Positions 8,529-18,534 of a stretch of 64,000 nucleotides of DNA are shown here, in pieces. A program made the position numbers and the translations under genes. How positions within the stretch are numbered: position 1 is the first letter of the stretch; every line of letters begins with the position of its first letter. The notes beneath the pieces were generated by a model. That model was given only the letters and a program-made list of their open reading frames with translations. It had not been told where the DNA came from and did no database searches. Where the stretch lies: positions 12,422 to 76,421 of the forward strand of contig CALHAG010000001.1 of assembly GCA_937934305.1 (NCBI GenBank). The letters are read 5' to 3'. Source of the DNA: Candidatus Caldarchaeum subterraneum (GTDB lineage Archaea > Thermoproteota > Nitrososphaeria_A > Caldarchaeales > Caldarchaeaceae).

Positions 8529-9385
8529 AAACTGTCCAGAAAGTGCTTAAGGTTTCGCGGTTTCGCTTCTGGATATATGCCGCGGGGCCCTATGTCGTGG
8601 GCTACACACTCGGCGCCTCGGAGTTCAACGACTTTCTCCGACCCGAATACTACATCTACCTAATCTACTTCTTCATCCCCGCCAACATATTGATATATGG
8701 TGTGAATGACTATTTCGATGTCGAGACGGATGTTCTGAATCCGAAGAAGAGTTCTAAGGAGATGCGTGTGGTGGGTGAGGATAGGGTTAGGCTGCGGAGG
8801 CTGCTTTTCGGTGTGCTTGGTGTAAGCTTTGCGTTGATGCTTATTCAGGATAATGTGGCGCGTCTACTGTTTGGCGGATTTCTGTTTCTGTCGATTTTCT
8901 ACAGCGCGCCCCCAGTGCGTTTTAAGAGTAAACCCTTTCTCGACTTCGCCTCGAACTATCTCTACATTATGCCAGGTGTTTTCGGCCACTACATAGCCTC
9001 AGGCCGTCTTCCCGAGCCGCTCATACTCTTGGCAGGGTTCCTGCATATATCAGCCATGCATATCTTCTCAGCGGTTCCCGACATAGAGTTTGACCGAGCA
9101 GCCGGAATCAAAACAACGCCGGTCGTTATTGGCAGAAAAAACGCGCTGATGCTTGTGACGGTTTTCTGGACAGGACTCGCATATCTCGCCATCATCCTCA
9201 CAGGATTTCATCCTCTAAGCTTTCTGGCACTAGTCTATCCCATGGTGCCGATATCTGTTCTGGTTTTTGGGCTCGACATAAACCGTGTTTACTGGCTTCT
9301 TCCATACATCAACACATCCTTGGGCGGGCTTCTATGGCTCGGGCTCGTCAACCACAAAATCATCCCGTTTTTCCCGAAGTTTTAG
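8519..9385 (+). CDS. UbiA-family prenyltransferase (carotenoid-cluster associated; lycopene elongase-like or related)
   Basis: GTG start overlapping the crtB stop by 10 nt. Multi-TM protein with UbiA motifs 'NDYFDVETD' and 'DIEFDRAAG'. Confidence 0.65.
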   Translation: MALETVQKVLKVSRFRFWIYAAGPYVVGYTLGASEFNDFLRPEYYIYLIYFFIPANILIYGVNDYFDVETDVLNPKKSSKEMRVVGEDRVRLRRLLFGVLGVSFALMLIQDNVARLLFGGFLFLSIFYSAPPVRFKSKPFLDFASNYLYIMPGVFGHYIASGRLPEPLILLAGFLHISAMHIFSAVPDIEFDRAAGIKTTPVVIGRKNALMLVTVFWTGLAYLAIILTGFHPLSFLALVYPMVPISVLVFGLDINRVYWLLPYINTSLGGLLWLGLVNHKIIPFFPKF

Positions 9386-9395
9386 AGAACCGGTT

Positions 9396-9923
9396 ATGCA
9401 GATTTTTAGGCCATACGTGGATTGGGTCAAGTCTGCAGCGGTGCTTGATGACCTACGGCTCGGTAAACAGCGTGTAGAGGCTAAGCAGGTTCTGAATGTT
9501 TTTCTACGGAAGGCCGGTATTCTCCGAGATGGGTTGCGCGGCTGGCTTAACCATCCGATTGTTCTGCTCTACTACAACGACGGCAGGCCCTATGTTGACG
9601 ATGTTGTGGGCATGTTCACCGCCTGTGTCAAAGAGTGGATGAGAAGGGGGAAGCAAAGCAACATAAACCTCGACGACATCCGGCATCTACTTGACCAGCT
9701 GGAGAAAACACCAGGCACGCCCATAACGCGTCTCCATGAAATTGAGTATCGGCGTATTCTTCTCCTCAAAAACCCCGACCACTACATCAGAACCTTCACA
9801 GAGGAGGAGGTTAGGGAGGTGCTGGAGACCGAGCCCGTGAAAATAAGCGGCATAAACTCATGGATATTCGATGACATGCGGCTTTACAGGCGGCTGTTGA
9901 AGAAAATCAAGTCAAAGCTATAG
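9396..9923 (+). CDS. Hypothetical soluble protein downstream of the carotenoid genes
   Basis: The ORF 9285..9923 overlaps the UbiA gene. The internal Met at 9396 gives a non-overlapping 175-aa product ([12 protein letters not shown]...). No recognisable motif. Confidence 0.35.
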   Translation: MQIFRPYVDWVKSAAVLDDLRLGKQRVEAKQVLNVFLRKAGILRDGLRGWLNHPIVLLYYNDGRPYVDDVVGMFTACVKEWMRRGKQSNINLDDIRHLLDQLEKTPGTPITRLHEIEYRRILLLKNPDHYIRTFTEEEVREVLETEPVKISGINSWIFDDMRLYRRLLKKIKSKL

Positions 9924-10406
9924 CTTGTATCCTATTTTTCTGAGGAATTGTTTGCGGGCCTCGATGTGCTGCTCGGTTTCTATGCCTTTTGGTTTGTGGC
10001 CGTCGACTACTCCGAGGACGCCGCGGCCCTGCTCCGTCTCGGCGACTATTATCTGGAGGGGGTTGGCTGTAGCGGCGAGGATTGTGCATACCTCGGGCAC
10101 GTCTTTGAGACGTTGCATGATGTTGATGGGGTAGAATCCCTTGATGAAGAGGATGAAGGTGTGGCCGCATCCTATCTTGAGCATGGTTTCGGCGGCGTGT
10201 TTCCGCAGCTCCGGGTCTGTTCCCTCATGGCGGACGAGGCATTCTCCGCTCGCCTCCATAAACGCCAGCCCAAACTTGGCCCCGGGAACCGTGTTAACAA
10301 CCGCCTCGTAAATGTCTTCGACGGTTTTGATGAAGTGGGAGACGCCGAAAACCACGTTGCAGCCCTCGGGAATCTCAACACTAACAACCTCTATCTTAAC
10401 GCTCAC
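9918..10406 (-). CDS. Adenosine-specific kinase-like protein (PF04008/DUF355-like), tentative
   Basis: 162 aa. '[26 protein letters not shown]...[19 protein letters not shown]...ATANP' resembles the conserved archaeal DUF355 family. Assignment from memory. Confidence 0.4.
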   Translation of the reverse strand: MSVKIEVVSVEIPEGCNVVFGVSHFIKTVEDIYEAVVNTVPGAKFGLAFMEASGECLVRHEGTDPELRKHAAETMLKIGCGHTFILFIKGFYPINIMQRLKDVPEVCTILAATANPLQIIVAETEQGRGVLGVVDGHKPKGIETEQHIEARKQFLRKIGYKL

Positions 10407-10438
10407 AGCTCTAGTTGTCGCGGCTTGCTTATGTGTTT

Positions 10439-11500
10439 TTAGAGGGTTCTTTCGATGAGGAATGTGGCGAGTTTTTTGAGTTTTGTTTTGGCAGGTGTCT
10501 GGGATAGAAGCGGTTCAACTCTGTTCCATGCCTCGTGAACGCTTCGCCTCATAACCTCCCGCGCATATTTGTCTGCGCCCGATTCTCTGATGAGGTTGAT
10601 TGCTTCTGTGAGCTCTTGTTTGTCGGATGTGTGGCTGTGAAGTATCTGTCTGAGTCTTTTCGCTTTTTCGGATGAGAGATGTGTCAGGGCATACACCGTC
10701 ATCAGAGTGTATTTGCCCTCGGTTATGTCGCCGCCTATCTCCTTGCCGTATCTCGCCTCGTCGCCGAAGATGTTGAGGTAATCATCCTGTATCTGGAAAG
10801 CTGTTCCAACAGCTTCGCCGAAGCGTCCAAGCTCTTCGAGAAGGTCTTCGCGTCCGGCGTATATGGCTGCAAGCTCGACGGCGAACCTTGACAAAGCACC
10901 TGTCTTGAAAGCGGCCATCTGGAGATAATGTTCCTCGGTGATGTCTGTGAAGAGGCCTCTGTGCCAGACGATGTCCATTGTTTGGCCGAGGCTGAGCTTG
11001 GTCATCGTCTCGAGATATTTCTCGAGAAAGAGCGTGGCCATGTTTTTGGGCAGCTTTTTCGCGGCTATGTATACCGGGATGTAGTAGTAGGCGTTGCCTG
11101 CGTTGATGGCGATGTCTATGCCGTAGATGCGGTGGATGCATGGCTCTCCTCTTCTCATGAGGCTTCCGTCTTCGACGTCGTCAACTATCAGGGTGGCGTT
11201 GTGGATGATTTCGGGAACGGCTGCCAGGGTGTAGATGCCTGGGTCGCCGCCGCCCAGAGCCTCATAAGCTATCACCGTCAGAGCCGGCCGCCATCTCTTG
11301 CCGCCTCTCCTGAAAAGCTCCCAAAACGGTTTAGCCAGCCCCTCGGTAAACGACTCGGGGCTGTAGCGGTAAACAGGTTCACCGAACTCTTTCACAAGAA
11401 AACCTGTATCAAAAATTTTTGGTGTGAGCTTTTCAACAGCCTTCTCTATAGGCTCCACATATTCGGAGAGAATGGATAAGACCTCCTCCTCTAAGCTCAT
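10439..11500 (-). CDS. Geranylgeranyl diphosphate synthase (short-chain trans-prenyl diphosphate synthase)
   Basis: First Asp-rich motif '[15 protein letters not shown]' and second Asp-rich motif '[13 protein letters not shown]'. 353 aa. Confidence 0.85.
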   Translation of the reverse strand: MSLEEEVLSILSEYVEPIEKAVEKLTPKIFDTGFLVKEFGEPVYRYSPESFTEGLAKPFWELFRRGGKRWRPALTVIAYEALGGGDPGIYTLAAVPEIIHNATLIVDDVEDGSLMRRGEPCIHRIYGIDIAINAGNAYYYIPVYIAAKKLPKNMATLFLEKYLETMTKLSLGQTMDIVWHRGLFTDITEEHYLQMAAFKTGALSRFAVELAAIYAGREDLLEELGRFGEAVGTAFQIQDDYLNIFGDEARYGKEIGGDITEGKYTLMTVYALTHLSSEKAKRLRQILHSHTSDKQELTEAINLIRESGADKYAREVMRRSVHEAWNRVEPLLSQTPAKTKLKKLATFLIERTL

Positions 11501-11538
11501 CGCCGTGTCTGGGTCTGCGAGGAATTTAAACGGTGATG

Positions 11539-12312
11539 CTAAACTTTTATCCCCTGTTTTCTCAGAAAGGCTGAAAGCGCTGCGTATGACTGTTTGATTT
11601 CCTTGTCTGCGCGGAGCTGCTCTGCGAGGTATTCGGGATAGGTTCCGGAGAAGTTTGCATATTTTTTGAGATAGTTTTCGGTTGAGAGGATTTGGTCGGC
11701 GTTCTCGATGTATTTTCGCGCTTCTTCGACTGTGACGGGTTTGTAGCCGTCGATGTGGATAATGTTTTGAAGCGGCCAGCGGGGCCTCGGCGGAGGTGTT
11801 TCATCTTTTTCACCTATCAAGAGAAGAATCATGGGAATCACTCCGGTCGGCAGCTTCAATAGGGCCGATAATCTCTCGCACTCGTATATGCCGCAGTCGA
11901 GCAGCAAGGTGCCGTAGCCAAGGGCCTCTGACGCTATGACCATATTTTCGACAACCAGCCCCAGCTCGAAAACTGACAACAGCGTCTCCGCTGGGTATGT
12001 GTCGAGCTTGAGGAAATGCTCCGGAGAAACGGTTTCCGCGAAAACAGATAACCTGTTGAAGTCCAGACATATGAGGAGAACGGCGGAGGCCTGTTTGATA
12101 GACTCTGAGCCGCAGACATCGTAAACGGCTTCAACCAGCCTGTCAGACCTAAGCCATATGATTGAATAGGCTTGGAAATAGGATGGAGCCGACTGCCCAC
12201 TCTCCACAATCATGCCGAGAACCTCCTCACTCATCGACGATTTGCGGAAACGACGAATAGAGCGGCGACTCGCCAGAAGCCCTAAAACACTCTGCTCAAC
12301 CCTTCTCTTCAA
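11539..12312 (-). CDS. Nitroreductase-family protein
   Basis: N-terminal 'RRSIRRFRK' signature and overall nitroreductase-fold length and composition. Confidence 0.7.
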   Translation of the reverse strand: MKRRVEQSVLGLLASRRSIRRFRKSSMSEEVLGMIVESGQSAPSYFQAYSIIWLRSDRLVEAVYDVCGSESIKQASAVLLICLDFNRLSVFAETVSPEHFLKLDTYPAETLLSVFELGLVVENMVIASEALGYGTLLLDCGIYECERLSALLKLPTGVIPMILLLIGEKDETPPPRPRWPLQNIIHIDGYKPVTVEEARKYIENADQILSTENYLKKYANFSGTYPEYLAEQLRADKEIKQSYAALSAFLRKQGIKV

Positions 12313-12348
12313 CAGAAGATAAAATGATAAAAAGGGGGTTTTTTGTTT

Positions 12349-13434
12349 TTAGGGGAGCTGGGAGACGGGCTTGATTCCCAGCTGCTCCAGTATCTTATCT
12401 ATTTCTTCACCGTTTTCTTCGCCGATTCGCTGGTCGACGCTGGTGGGTGTTATCTCGTTGATCTCGACTATTTGCTCGGTTGAGGAGAGGCCGGTGAGTA
12501 TTAGTGAGACCTGCATCGAGGAGCTGAAGGTTTCGTCTATCCGCGCACCCCATATCACCAGCCCATCTTCACCCATCAGCTCTGAGATAATCTCCGCCGG
12601 CCTCGCCGCTTCCGCGAGCTGCATGTCCTCTCCTCCGCAGACATGGACTATGGCTCCTGAGAGGCCTTCGTAGGATGCGTCGAGTAGCGGGGACTGGAGA
12701 GCGTTAAAGGTGGCTTCCTCTGCTCTGTTGGGTGTTGAGGAGCGGCCTATTCCAAGTGATGCGAGTTTGCCTCGGCTGACCACTGTTTTGAAGTCTTCGT
12801 AGTCGATGTTTATCAGCCCTGGCTTGGCGATTGATTCTGTTATGCTCTGTATCATGTTGCTGATGACCTCGTCGGCGAGGCTGAAGGCTCTCCGTAGGTT
12901 GTGCTGCGGATAGAGGTCGAGGAGCTTGTTGTTATCGACGACGACCGATGTATTGGTGTAGTTTTTCAACTCCTCGAGCCCGGCCTGCGCGATTCTTTTT
13001 CTCACCATCCCCTCGAAGACAAACGGGAGAGAGACGACGCCGACCACTGTCGCGCCTTCTTCACGGGCTATGCGTGCGACGACCGGTGCCGCTCCTGTTC
13101 CTGTTCCTCCTCCAAGACCTGCCGCGAGGAAGACAATGTCCGCTCCCTCGAGGGCCCTGCGTATCTCCTCCTCAGATTCTTCAGCGGCTTTTCTTCCACG
13201 GACCGGGTCTCCTCCTGCTCCACGAAGCCGTGTGACTGATTTGCCGAGTAGAATTTTCTTGTCGGCTCTAACCATGTCGAGATGCTGCAGGTCCGTGTTT
13301 GCGGCTATGGTGTAGACTCCTGTGAGACCGAGGGAGTTGAGTCTGTTGACTGTGTTGCAGCCTGCTCCGCCTACTCCGATTAGCTTGATTCTTATCTCCT
13401 CTGTGGTCTGGACAAGGTCTTCTACGCTACTCAC
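12349..13434 (-). CDS. ftsZ: Cell division GTPase FtsZ
   Basis: 'IKLIGVGGAGCNTVNRL' and the tubulin signature 'GGGTGTGAAPVVA'. 361 aa. GTG start at 13432-13434. Confidence 0.9.
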   Translation of the reverse strand: MSSVEDLVQTTEEIRIKLIGVGGAGCNTVNRLNSLGLTGVYTIAANTDLQHLDMVRADKKILLGKSVTRLRGAGGDPVRGRKAAEESEEEIRRALEGADIVFLAAGLGGGTGTGAAPVVARIAREEGATVVGVVSLPFVFEGMVRKRIAQAGLEELKNYTNTSVVVDNNKLLDLYPQHNLRRAFSLADEVISNMIQSITESIAKPGLINIDYEDFKTVVSRGKLASLGIGRSSTPNRAEEATFNALQSPLLDASYEGLSGAIVHVCGGEDMQLAEAARPAEIISELMGEDGLVIWGARIDETFSSSMQVSLILTGLSSTEQIVEINEITPTSVDQRIGEENGEEIDKILEQLGIKPVSQLP

Positions 13435-13573
13435 TTATCTGGACCTCCGTGCGGATGAAGTCTCTCAGGGCCATGCGTATGGCCTCGGCTCGGTTGGGAT
13501 ACAGCCTGCGTTTCACCAGCTCGTCTATCGCCTGTAGATATGGCTCGGGCAGATGCACCGTTACAACTTTCAT
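13427..13573 (-). CDS. Ribbon-helix-helix (CopG-like) small DNA-binding protein overlapping the ftsZ start
   Basis: Internal Met of ORF 13427..13735 gives 'MKVVTVHLPEPYLQAIDELVKRRLYPNRAEAIRMALRDFIR', a classic RHH beta-alpha-alpha pattern. Its last codons overlap the ftsZ GTG. Confidence 0.5.
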   Translation of the reverse strand: MKVVTVHLPEPYLQAIDELVKRRLYPNRAEAIRMALRDFIRTEVQISE

Positions 13574-13767
13574 CTCCCACCTATCACCTCCATTTGCTCC
13601 GTGCTGTTGTCTGAGCTGGTTATAACTAAAGGTAATACGCTCGTATGTATCAACACGCGTTTTTGCCGCCATTTTTGGCCAACTCATGTGCAAAAAGTTA
13701 CAATTTCTAAAAGTTAGAAACAATAAAATAATCATTTGATGAGCATGTTGTCGGACGGCGTCTCAAC

Positions 13768-14136
13768 ATGGTTGATGAAATTCACTACGAAGAATTTCGA
13801 AAAACACTCGAAAACCTTGTAGCAGAAGCAGTCGAAGACGTTGTTGTTCTTGTGGAGGGTGTGAGGGATGAGAAGGCTCTACGCCTCGCGGGTGTTCGTG
13901 CGAAAATTGTGTATGTTGGCAGGTTTCGTGAAGAAGTGGAGAGGATGCCGAGGCCGCGTAAAATTATTCTGCTTCTCGATTTTGACAGCGAGGGGATGAA
14001 GAACGTGAAGAGGGTTTCTCGGCTGCTTAGGCAGATGGGTTACGAGGTTGACGAAAGCTATCATAGGCGGCTACGTGTGCTCAAGCGCTTCGGCATAACA
14101 ACCGTCGAGGCGTTGGCCAAACTCCTCGAGGTTTAG
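13768..14136 (+). CDS. Small TOPRIM-domain protein (COG1658-like primase-like protein)
   Basis: 122 aa with 'VVLVEGVRDEKAL' (Glu) and 'IILLLDFDSEG' (DxD) TOPRIM motifs. Confidence 0.6.
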   Translation: MVDEIHYEEFRKTLENLVAEAVEDVVVLVEGVRDEKALRLAGVRAKIVYVGRFREEVERMPRPRKIILLLDFDSEGMKNVKRVSRLLRQMGYEVDESYHRRLRVLKRFGITTVEALAKLLEV

Positions 14137-16172
14137 CCCTCCTCGGGCGACATGTCAGAAAACCCGCCATCAACACTTATCACGGTGTATTTCTCCTCGA
14201 GCAACCGCTCGTAAACATCGCTGCCAAGGCCAAACTCTCTGCAGAAACTTTGGAGAGCGTTGCCAAGCAGCTTCAAATCTGTTTCGCCGAGCCTGCGATA
14301 GGACACAAGATGTTCCCTGTAGTATTTTGAGGTGTAGAGTTTTGATATGCGTTTGAAGGGTTCGGGTGGAAGGTTTTCGCGGAGGTCTTGGATGGTTATT
14401 TTCTCGAGTGTGATGAGTTTTGTGTATGTTGGTTGGTCTATTTGGCCTTCGAGCAGGAGGCCGCGGAGATATCTTTTGACGTCTTCTCTCGGGGGCTGCA
14501 GCCCTATCCGCCACATGTCCACACGTCCTCTGACGTAGATGACGCCGCCGACCATTCCCGTCGCCACGTATCGCCCAACCAAGCATTCGTCGCTGTCGAG
14601 GCTGTCCACCCCCAGAACCGCGACAACTCCGCCGGCCATGTATTCGCCGAGATAATCATCCACCCTCCCACCAACTACCAGAACAGGCTTGTTTTCTCGG
14701 AACTCTCGCATCTGGATAGCCACCCTGTTGCCCGCGCTTCCCCTGACAAAGATTTCACCGGCTTGGAAAGCCTGCGCCAAAACATCTCCCGCGTTCCCAT
14801 GTATTACGACTCGGCCGCCATACATCGCGTCAGCTACATCGTCCTCCGCGTTCCCGTAAACGGTTATGAAGCCTCCTTTGTTGAAGTTGGCCAAACAGTT
14901 TCCCGCGGTGCCGTAGATGTTGAGGGAACGGCCCGGAGGCACGTTGACACCGAGATAGCGGTGGCCGTTTACGTTAACCACATCCACCTTCTCCACGCCT
15001 TTTGCGAAAGCTTCTGCGACCATTTTGTTGACGCGTCTATAGTCGAGGCCGGCGGCGTCTACAGCCATGTTCACCGGCCTTGGCTTCACCGTCCTCGGCT
15101 GATAGTGGCGTATGTTTTCCCTCCCCGCCAGAACAACACCTCTTTTCATAGATGCGAGAAATATTCCCCCGGGTTTGACGGGCCAGACCACGGCATCCGA
15201 GGAGAGCTGCCGTATCTCCGCCTCCTCGCTCGCCACGTAGATTCTCTTCTCATCGTAGCCGACGACGAGGGGCCTAAATTTTGACCTGTCAGCCAAAGCC
15301 AGCATGTAGACGTCTTCGCCGTCGCAGTATCCTGCTACCACGCTGAATGGGCCGTCGAGGCCTGTGCCACGCCATCGAACATATTCATCCACTCTGTCGA
15401 GGTCGTCTTCAAAACCGTTTACGAGTAGCTGAGCCGCTTGGAGAAGTGGTAGACGCTGTATGTTGGTGAGGTAGTCGAGGAGATAGGCTATGAGTTCGCT
15501 GTCTGTGCCGACGAAGCTTCTGTAGCCGCGGAACCTGATGAACTCCATGTTTGCTCCGAAGCTACTGATGTCTCCGTTGTGCGCTATCGCCCATTCCTGG
15601 CTCGCGAATGGATGCGACCATATGGGGTAAACGCCTGGAGAGTTGGTGGGCTGGCGTGTATGAGCTATCCACATATCCGCTTCAAGATTTTTCTCCATCA
15701 ATCCATACATGTTGGAGACGTCGACAGGGTATCCGACCCCCTTGAAGACCTCGACATACCTGCCCCATGAATAAACTCTTCCACGCATCCCCGCGTTGAA
15801 AAGCTCGTAGTTAATGCTGTCAACAAGTTTCCTCAACGCTTCCTCAGACGTCTCCACGTAAGCGCTCCACGAGGCGAACCTACTTGTTGAAAAACTGTCG
15901 AAGCCCAGCTCATAGAAACCTCCGTCAACACGTGTCTTGAGGGTCTTCTTAACATGCGAAAGAGTGTTTTCCGAGTCGATGAATATCTTGAGCTTATGCA
16001 TGCCGTTGCTACCGTCGAGGTTGTAGGCGGCGAAGCCTGCGCCATATCTGCTGCCGCGGAAACGTACGCATTCAATAGATGAGACCGCCTCGTCAGCTTT
16101 CACCTTCTCAGCGCCCCATCTACGAAGCACGCCAAGTATTCCGCATGCAGCTATTTCCCGCCTCGTCTCCAT
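14133..16172 (-). CDS. Glutamate synthase subunit: class-II glutamine amidotransferase fused to the GXGXG (beta-helix) domain
   Basis: N-terminal 'M..AACGILGV' Ntn-type nucleophile Cys. C-terminal half carries GXGXG repeats 'VYGNAEDDVADAMYGGRVVIHGNAGDVLAQAFQAGEIFVRGSAGNRV'. Confidence 0.8.
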   Translation of the reverse strand: METRREIAACGILGVLRRWGAEKVKADEAVSSIECVRFRGSRYGAGFAAYNLDGSNGMHKLKIFIDSENTLSHVKKTLKTRVDGGFYELGFDSFSTSRFASWSAYVETSEEALRKLVDSINYELFNAGMRGRVYSWGRYVEVFKGVGYPVDVSNMYGLMEKNLEADMWIAHTRQPTNSPGVYPIWSHPFASQEWAIAHNGDISSFGANMEFIRFRGYRSFVGTDSELIAYLLDYLTNIQRLPLLQAAQLLVNGFEDDLDRVDEYVRWRGTGLDGPFSVVAGYCDGEDVYMLALADRSKFRPLVVGYDEKRIYVASEEAEIRQLSSDAVVWPVKPGGIFLASMKRGVVLAGRENIRHYQPRTVKPRPVNMAVDAAGLDYRRVNKMVAEAFAKGVEKVDVVNVNGHRYLGVNVPPGRSLNIYGTAGNCLANFNKGGFITVYGNAEDDVADAMYGGRVVIHGNAGDVLAQAFQAGEIFVRGSAGNRVAIQMREFRENKPVLVVGGRVDDYLGEYMAGGVVAVLGVDSLDSDECLVGRYVATGMVGGVIYVRGRVDMWRIGLQPPREDVKRYLRGLLLEGQIDQPTYTKLITLEKITIQDLRENLPPEPFKRISKLYTSKYYREHLVSYRRLGETDLKLLGNALQSFCREFGLGSDVYERLLEEKYTVISVDGGFSDMSPEEG

Positions 16173-16174
16173 CC

Positions 16175-17086
16175 CTATCCCTCGCCGGCCAACTTGATGC
16201 TGAGAAGTGCTCTTATGTCTCGAGGCAGCTCGACAGCTCTAAGCAGCTCCCTGTTGCCCACTATGGTGTTGAAGATGTTGGAGACGCCGGCCGCTCCCGC
16301 GAGCAGCTTAATTTCCCTTTGAAGGCCGAGGAGAAGGTTCTCCATCTTCTCCCGCACATGTGAAGTATCATGTGTGAGAAGTGGTTCGAGGGTTTTTTCG
16401 ACGCATGTGGAGAGCATTACCGCGTCGGCTCCGAGGGCCACGAGCTTGAACACGTCGTCGGCTCCTCTCACGCTCCATCCACCGGCTACCAAGCTCACAG
16501 AATTGCGTACACCATGCCTCCGAAGCTCCCGGTCCAACAACGATACAACAACCTCAACATCATCGACTCCGCCCAAATCCTCGTCAACAACAATCCCCGA
16601 AACATGCTCCAAAACAGGCCCAAGCCACAAAAAATCCGTCGAAGCCCCTACATGGGCGAAAAAAGGTTTACCAGATTCTCGGCATCGACTTGGCTCACCA
16701 TAATAGCCTGCGTAAACTCCGTCGCCAACGTATGCCGGCTCTGTGAGAAGGCCTTCTCCATATTTTTCGAGACCCGTGGGGTTGTCAATCATCACCAACA
16801 CACCCATGCAGTAGCACGCTCTTACAACACCTTCTCTGAAGCTGTTTGATAGATGGTGTCCGAGCTTCACGACAACAGGCATCGAAAGCCTGAGCCTGCC
16901 TCCGCAGAGATAGACATGTGATTCGACGGGTTCGCGGTAGGGGTCGATACTCGGCCTAGTCACCTGCGCGCCGTCTATGACTATGTGGTCGCGTATGAAG
17001 AATGGTTCCTCCACATAGGGAGGGCCTGTGCTGCCCATGCTCACTATCGGCGGCTCCGCCGGCTGCCTGCCAACAACGCCCGCCAT
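16175..17086 (-). CDS. Glutamate-synthase-related TIM-barrel protein (central-domain-like paralog)
   Basis: 303 aa. 'SLVAGGWSVRGADDVFKLVALGADAVMLST' parallels '[29 protein letters not shown]' in the adjacent FMN-domain protein. The FMN/Fe-S motifs themselves are missing. Confidence 0.45.
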   Translation of the reverse strand: MAGVVGRQPAEPPIVSMGSTGPPYVEEPFFIRDHIVIDGAQVTRPSIDPYREPVESHVYLCGGRLRLSMPVVVKLGHHLSNSFREGVVRACYCMGVLVMIDNPTGLEKYGEGLLTEPAYVGDGVYAGYYGEPSRCRESGKPFFAHVGASTDFLWLGPVLEHVSGIVVDEDLGGVDDVEVVVSLLDRELRRHGVRNSVSLVAGGWSVRGADDVFKLVALGADAVMLSTCVEKTLEPLLTHDTSHVREKMENLLLGLQREIKLLAGAAGVSNIFNTIVGNRELLRAVELPRDIRALLSIKLAGEG

Positions 17087-17123
17087 CTCCTGCAGATGCT
17101 TGATACGGGCCGGTGTCCATCCT

Positions 17124-18365
17124 CTAAGCAGATGTCTTCACCCCCATGACGCTCAGCTGGCTCGGCTCGACGCCACGGGCCACCAGCAAATCTCTCCGTC
17201 CACACAGCTCTCTTACGCTTTCCACACCGAGCCTCTCGAGTATAAGCTTCAGCTCCGCTGTCCAGCCTTTAACCATGTTCACAACCCATTTGGTCGCCGT
17301 TTCAAGGGAAAGCAGCTTAACCGGGTTTTCTTCGATTTTGTTGGTCAGCACCGCGGGGCAAAAGCCGAGGTGGCACTTGTGCACCATGATGCAGCCCATC
17401 GCAATCAGCGAGGCTGTGCCCAGCGAGACGAGGTCCGCGCCCAACGCTATCAGCTTAGCTGTGTCCTCGGCGCTGCTCACACGCCCCGCCGCAACCACGG
17501 AGAACCCTTCACGCAAACCCTCGCGCCTAAGCATCTCGTCAACCACTGGAACAGCTATCTCAACAGGCAGCCCAACATTATTCCTCACAACCTCGGGCGC
17601 CGCACCGGTCCCCGCACCCTGACCATCCATGATAATCCCATCAGCACCCATCCGTGCAACACCGCATGCGATGTAGCCGATGTAGTTCGTCACACCGACC
17701 TTGACGAAAACAGGTTTGCCCGTGGCCTCCTTCAGCGCCATAATCCGTTGGCCGAGGTCTTCGATGGAGTAGATGTCGTGGTGGGGTGCTGGAGAGATGG
17801 CGTCGACGCCTACGGGTATGCGTCTTGTCTCGGAGATGAGACGCGACACCTTCACTCCCGGCAGGTGGCCTCCTATGCCTGGCTTCGCACCCTGCCCAAT
17901 CTTGATAACTATACCCATACCGGTGTTGAGAACGTCGATGTCCACGCCGAAGCGGGCGGAGGCCCACTGCACAGTAATTCGTCTACATTTCCTCACCTCG
18001 GGGTGGAGACCGCCTTCACCCGTGCCCGTGAGTATACCCGTTAAATCCGCGGCACGTGCGAGGGCTATGTTGGGGACGCCGCTGAGGGCTCCGAAGCTCA
18101 TGTCGCCGAGGTAGATGGGTGTGGTGAGAGAGATTTCGCCGCCAGCCATGGAGACCGATGTATCTATCTCCTCCGCAGACGCGAGTGAACCGCTCACATC
18201 TTCCTCGAGCTCGGCCCTGAAAAACAGCCTATCGAGAAGACGGCGCGAAGAATATTTGGCCCTGTCCCACACCCAGACAGGCTCGCCGAACCGGGCCAGC
18301 TGCCTGATATGCTCAATCCTCGTACTGTTCCAGAACTCGGGCCCATCCTGCCTCGGCACAGGCAA
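17124..18365 (-). CDS. Glutamate synthase FMN-binding domain protein (archaeal GltB-type)
   Basis: '[10 protein letters not shown]', '[17 protein letters not shown]', '[14 protein letters not shown]' and the cysteine cluster '[14 protein letters not shown]'. Confidence 0.85.
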   Translation of the reverse strand: MPVPRQDGPEFWNSTRIEHIRQLARFGEPVWVWDRAKYSSRRLLDRLFFRAELEEDVSGSLASAEEIDTSVSMAGGEISLTTPIYLGDMSFGALSGVPNIALARAADLTGILTGTGEGGLHPEVRKCRRITVQWASARFGVDIDVLNTGMGIVIKIGQGAKPGIGGHLPGVKVSRLISETRRIPVGVDAISPAPHHDIYSIEDLGQRIMALKEATGKPVFVKVGVTNYIGYIACGVARMGADGIIMDGQGAGTGAAPEVVRNNVGLPVEIAVPVVDEMLRREGLREGFSVVAAGRVSSAEDTAKLIALGADLVSLGTASLIAMGCIMVHKCHLGFCPAVLTNKIEENPVKLLSLETATKWVVNMVKGWTAELKLILERLGVESVRELCGRRDLLVARGVEPSQLSVMGVKTSA

Positions 18366-18534
18366 GTAATCAGCAACGAGCTTCGCCGTCCACCCATCAC
18401 CCCGTTGTGGTTATCTTCTGACAAAAAAGCAATATTTAACCATAATAACCGTCAAAAAGACAAAACAACACAACAAACATCAACAAAAAACCAATCCACA
18501 AAGAGCAAAATAAGACAGCAATTCACACAGCTGC

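Noticed and set aside
9948-10442. 164-aa plus-strand ORF opposite the PF04008-like gene
   Set aside because: The minus-strand ORF has a conserved family-like sequence. The plus-strand translation is low-complexity and lacks any motif.
14388-15284. 298-aa ORF on the plus strand inside the glutamate synthase amidotransferase gene
   Set aside because: Antisense to a strongly supported gene. Arg/His/Pro-rich composition typical of spurious ORFs in GC-rich antisense frames.
17028-18044. 338-aa plus-strand ORF overlapping the GltB FMN-domain gene
   Set aside because: Antisense to a gene with unmistakable glutamate synthase motifs. Low-complexity, Arg/His-rich translation.
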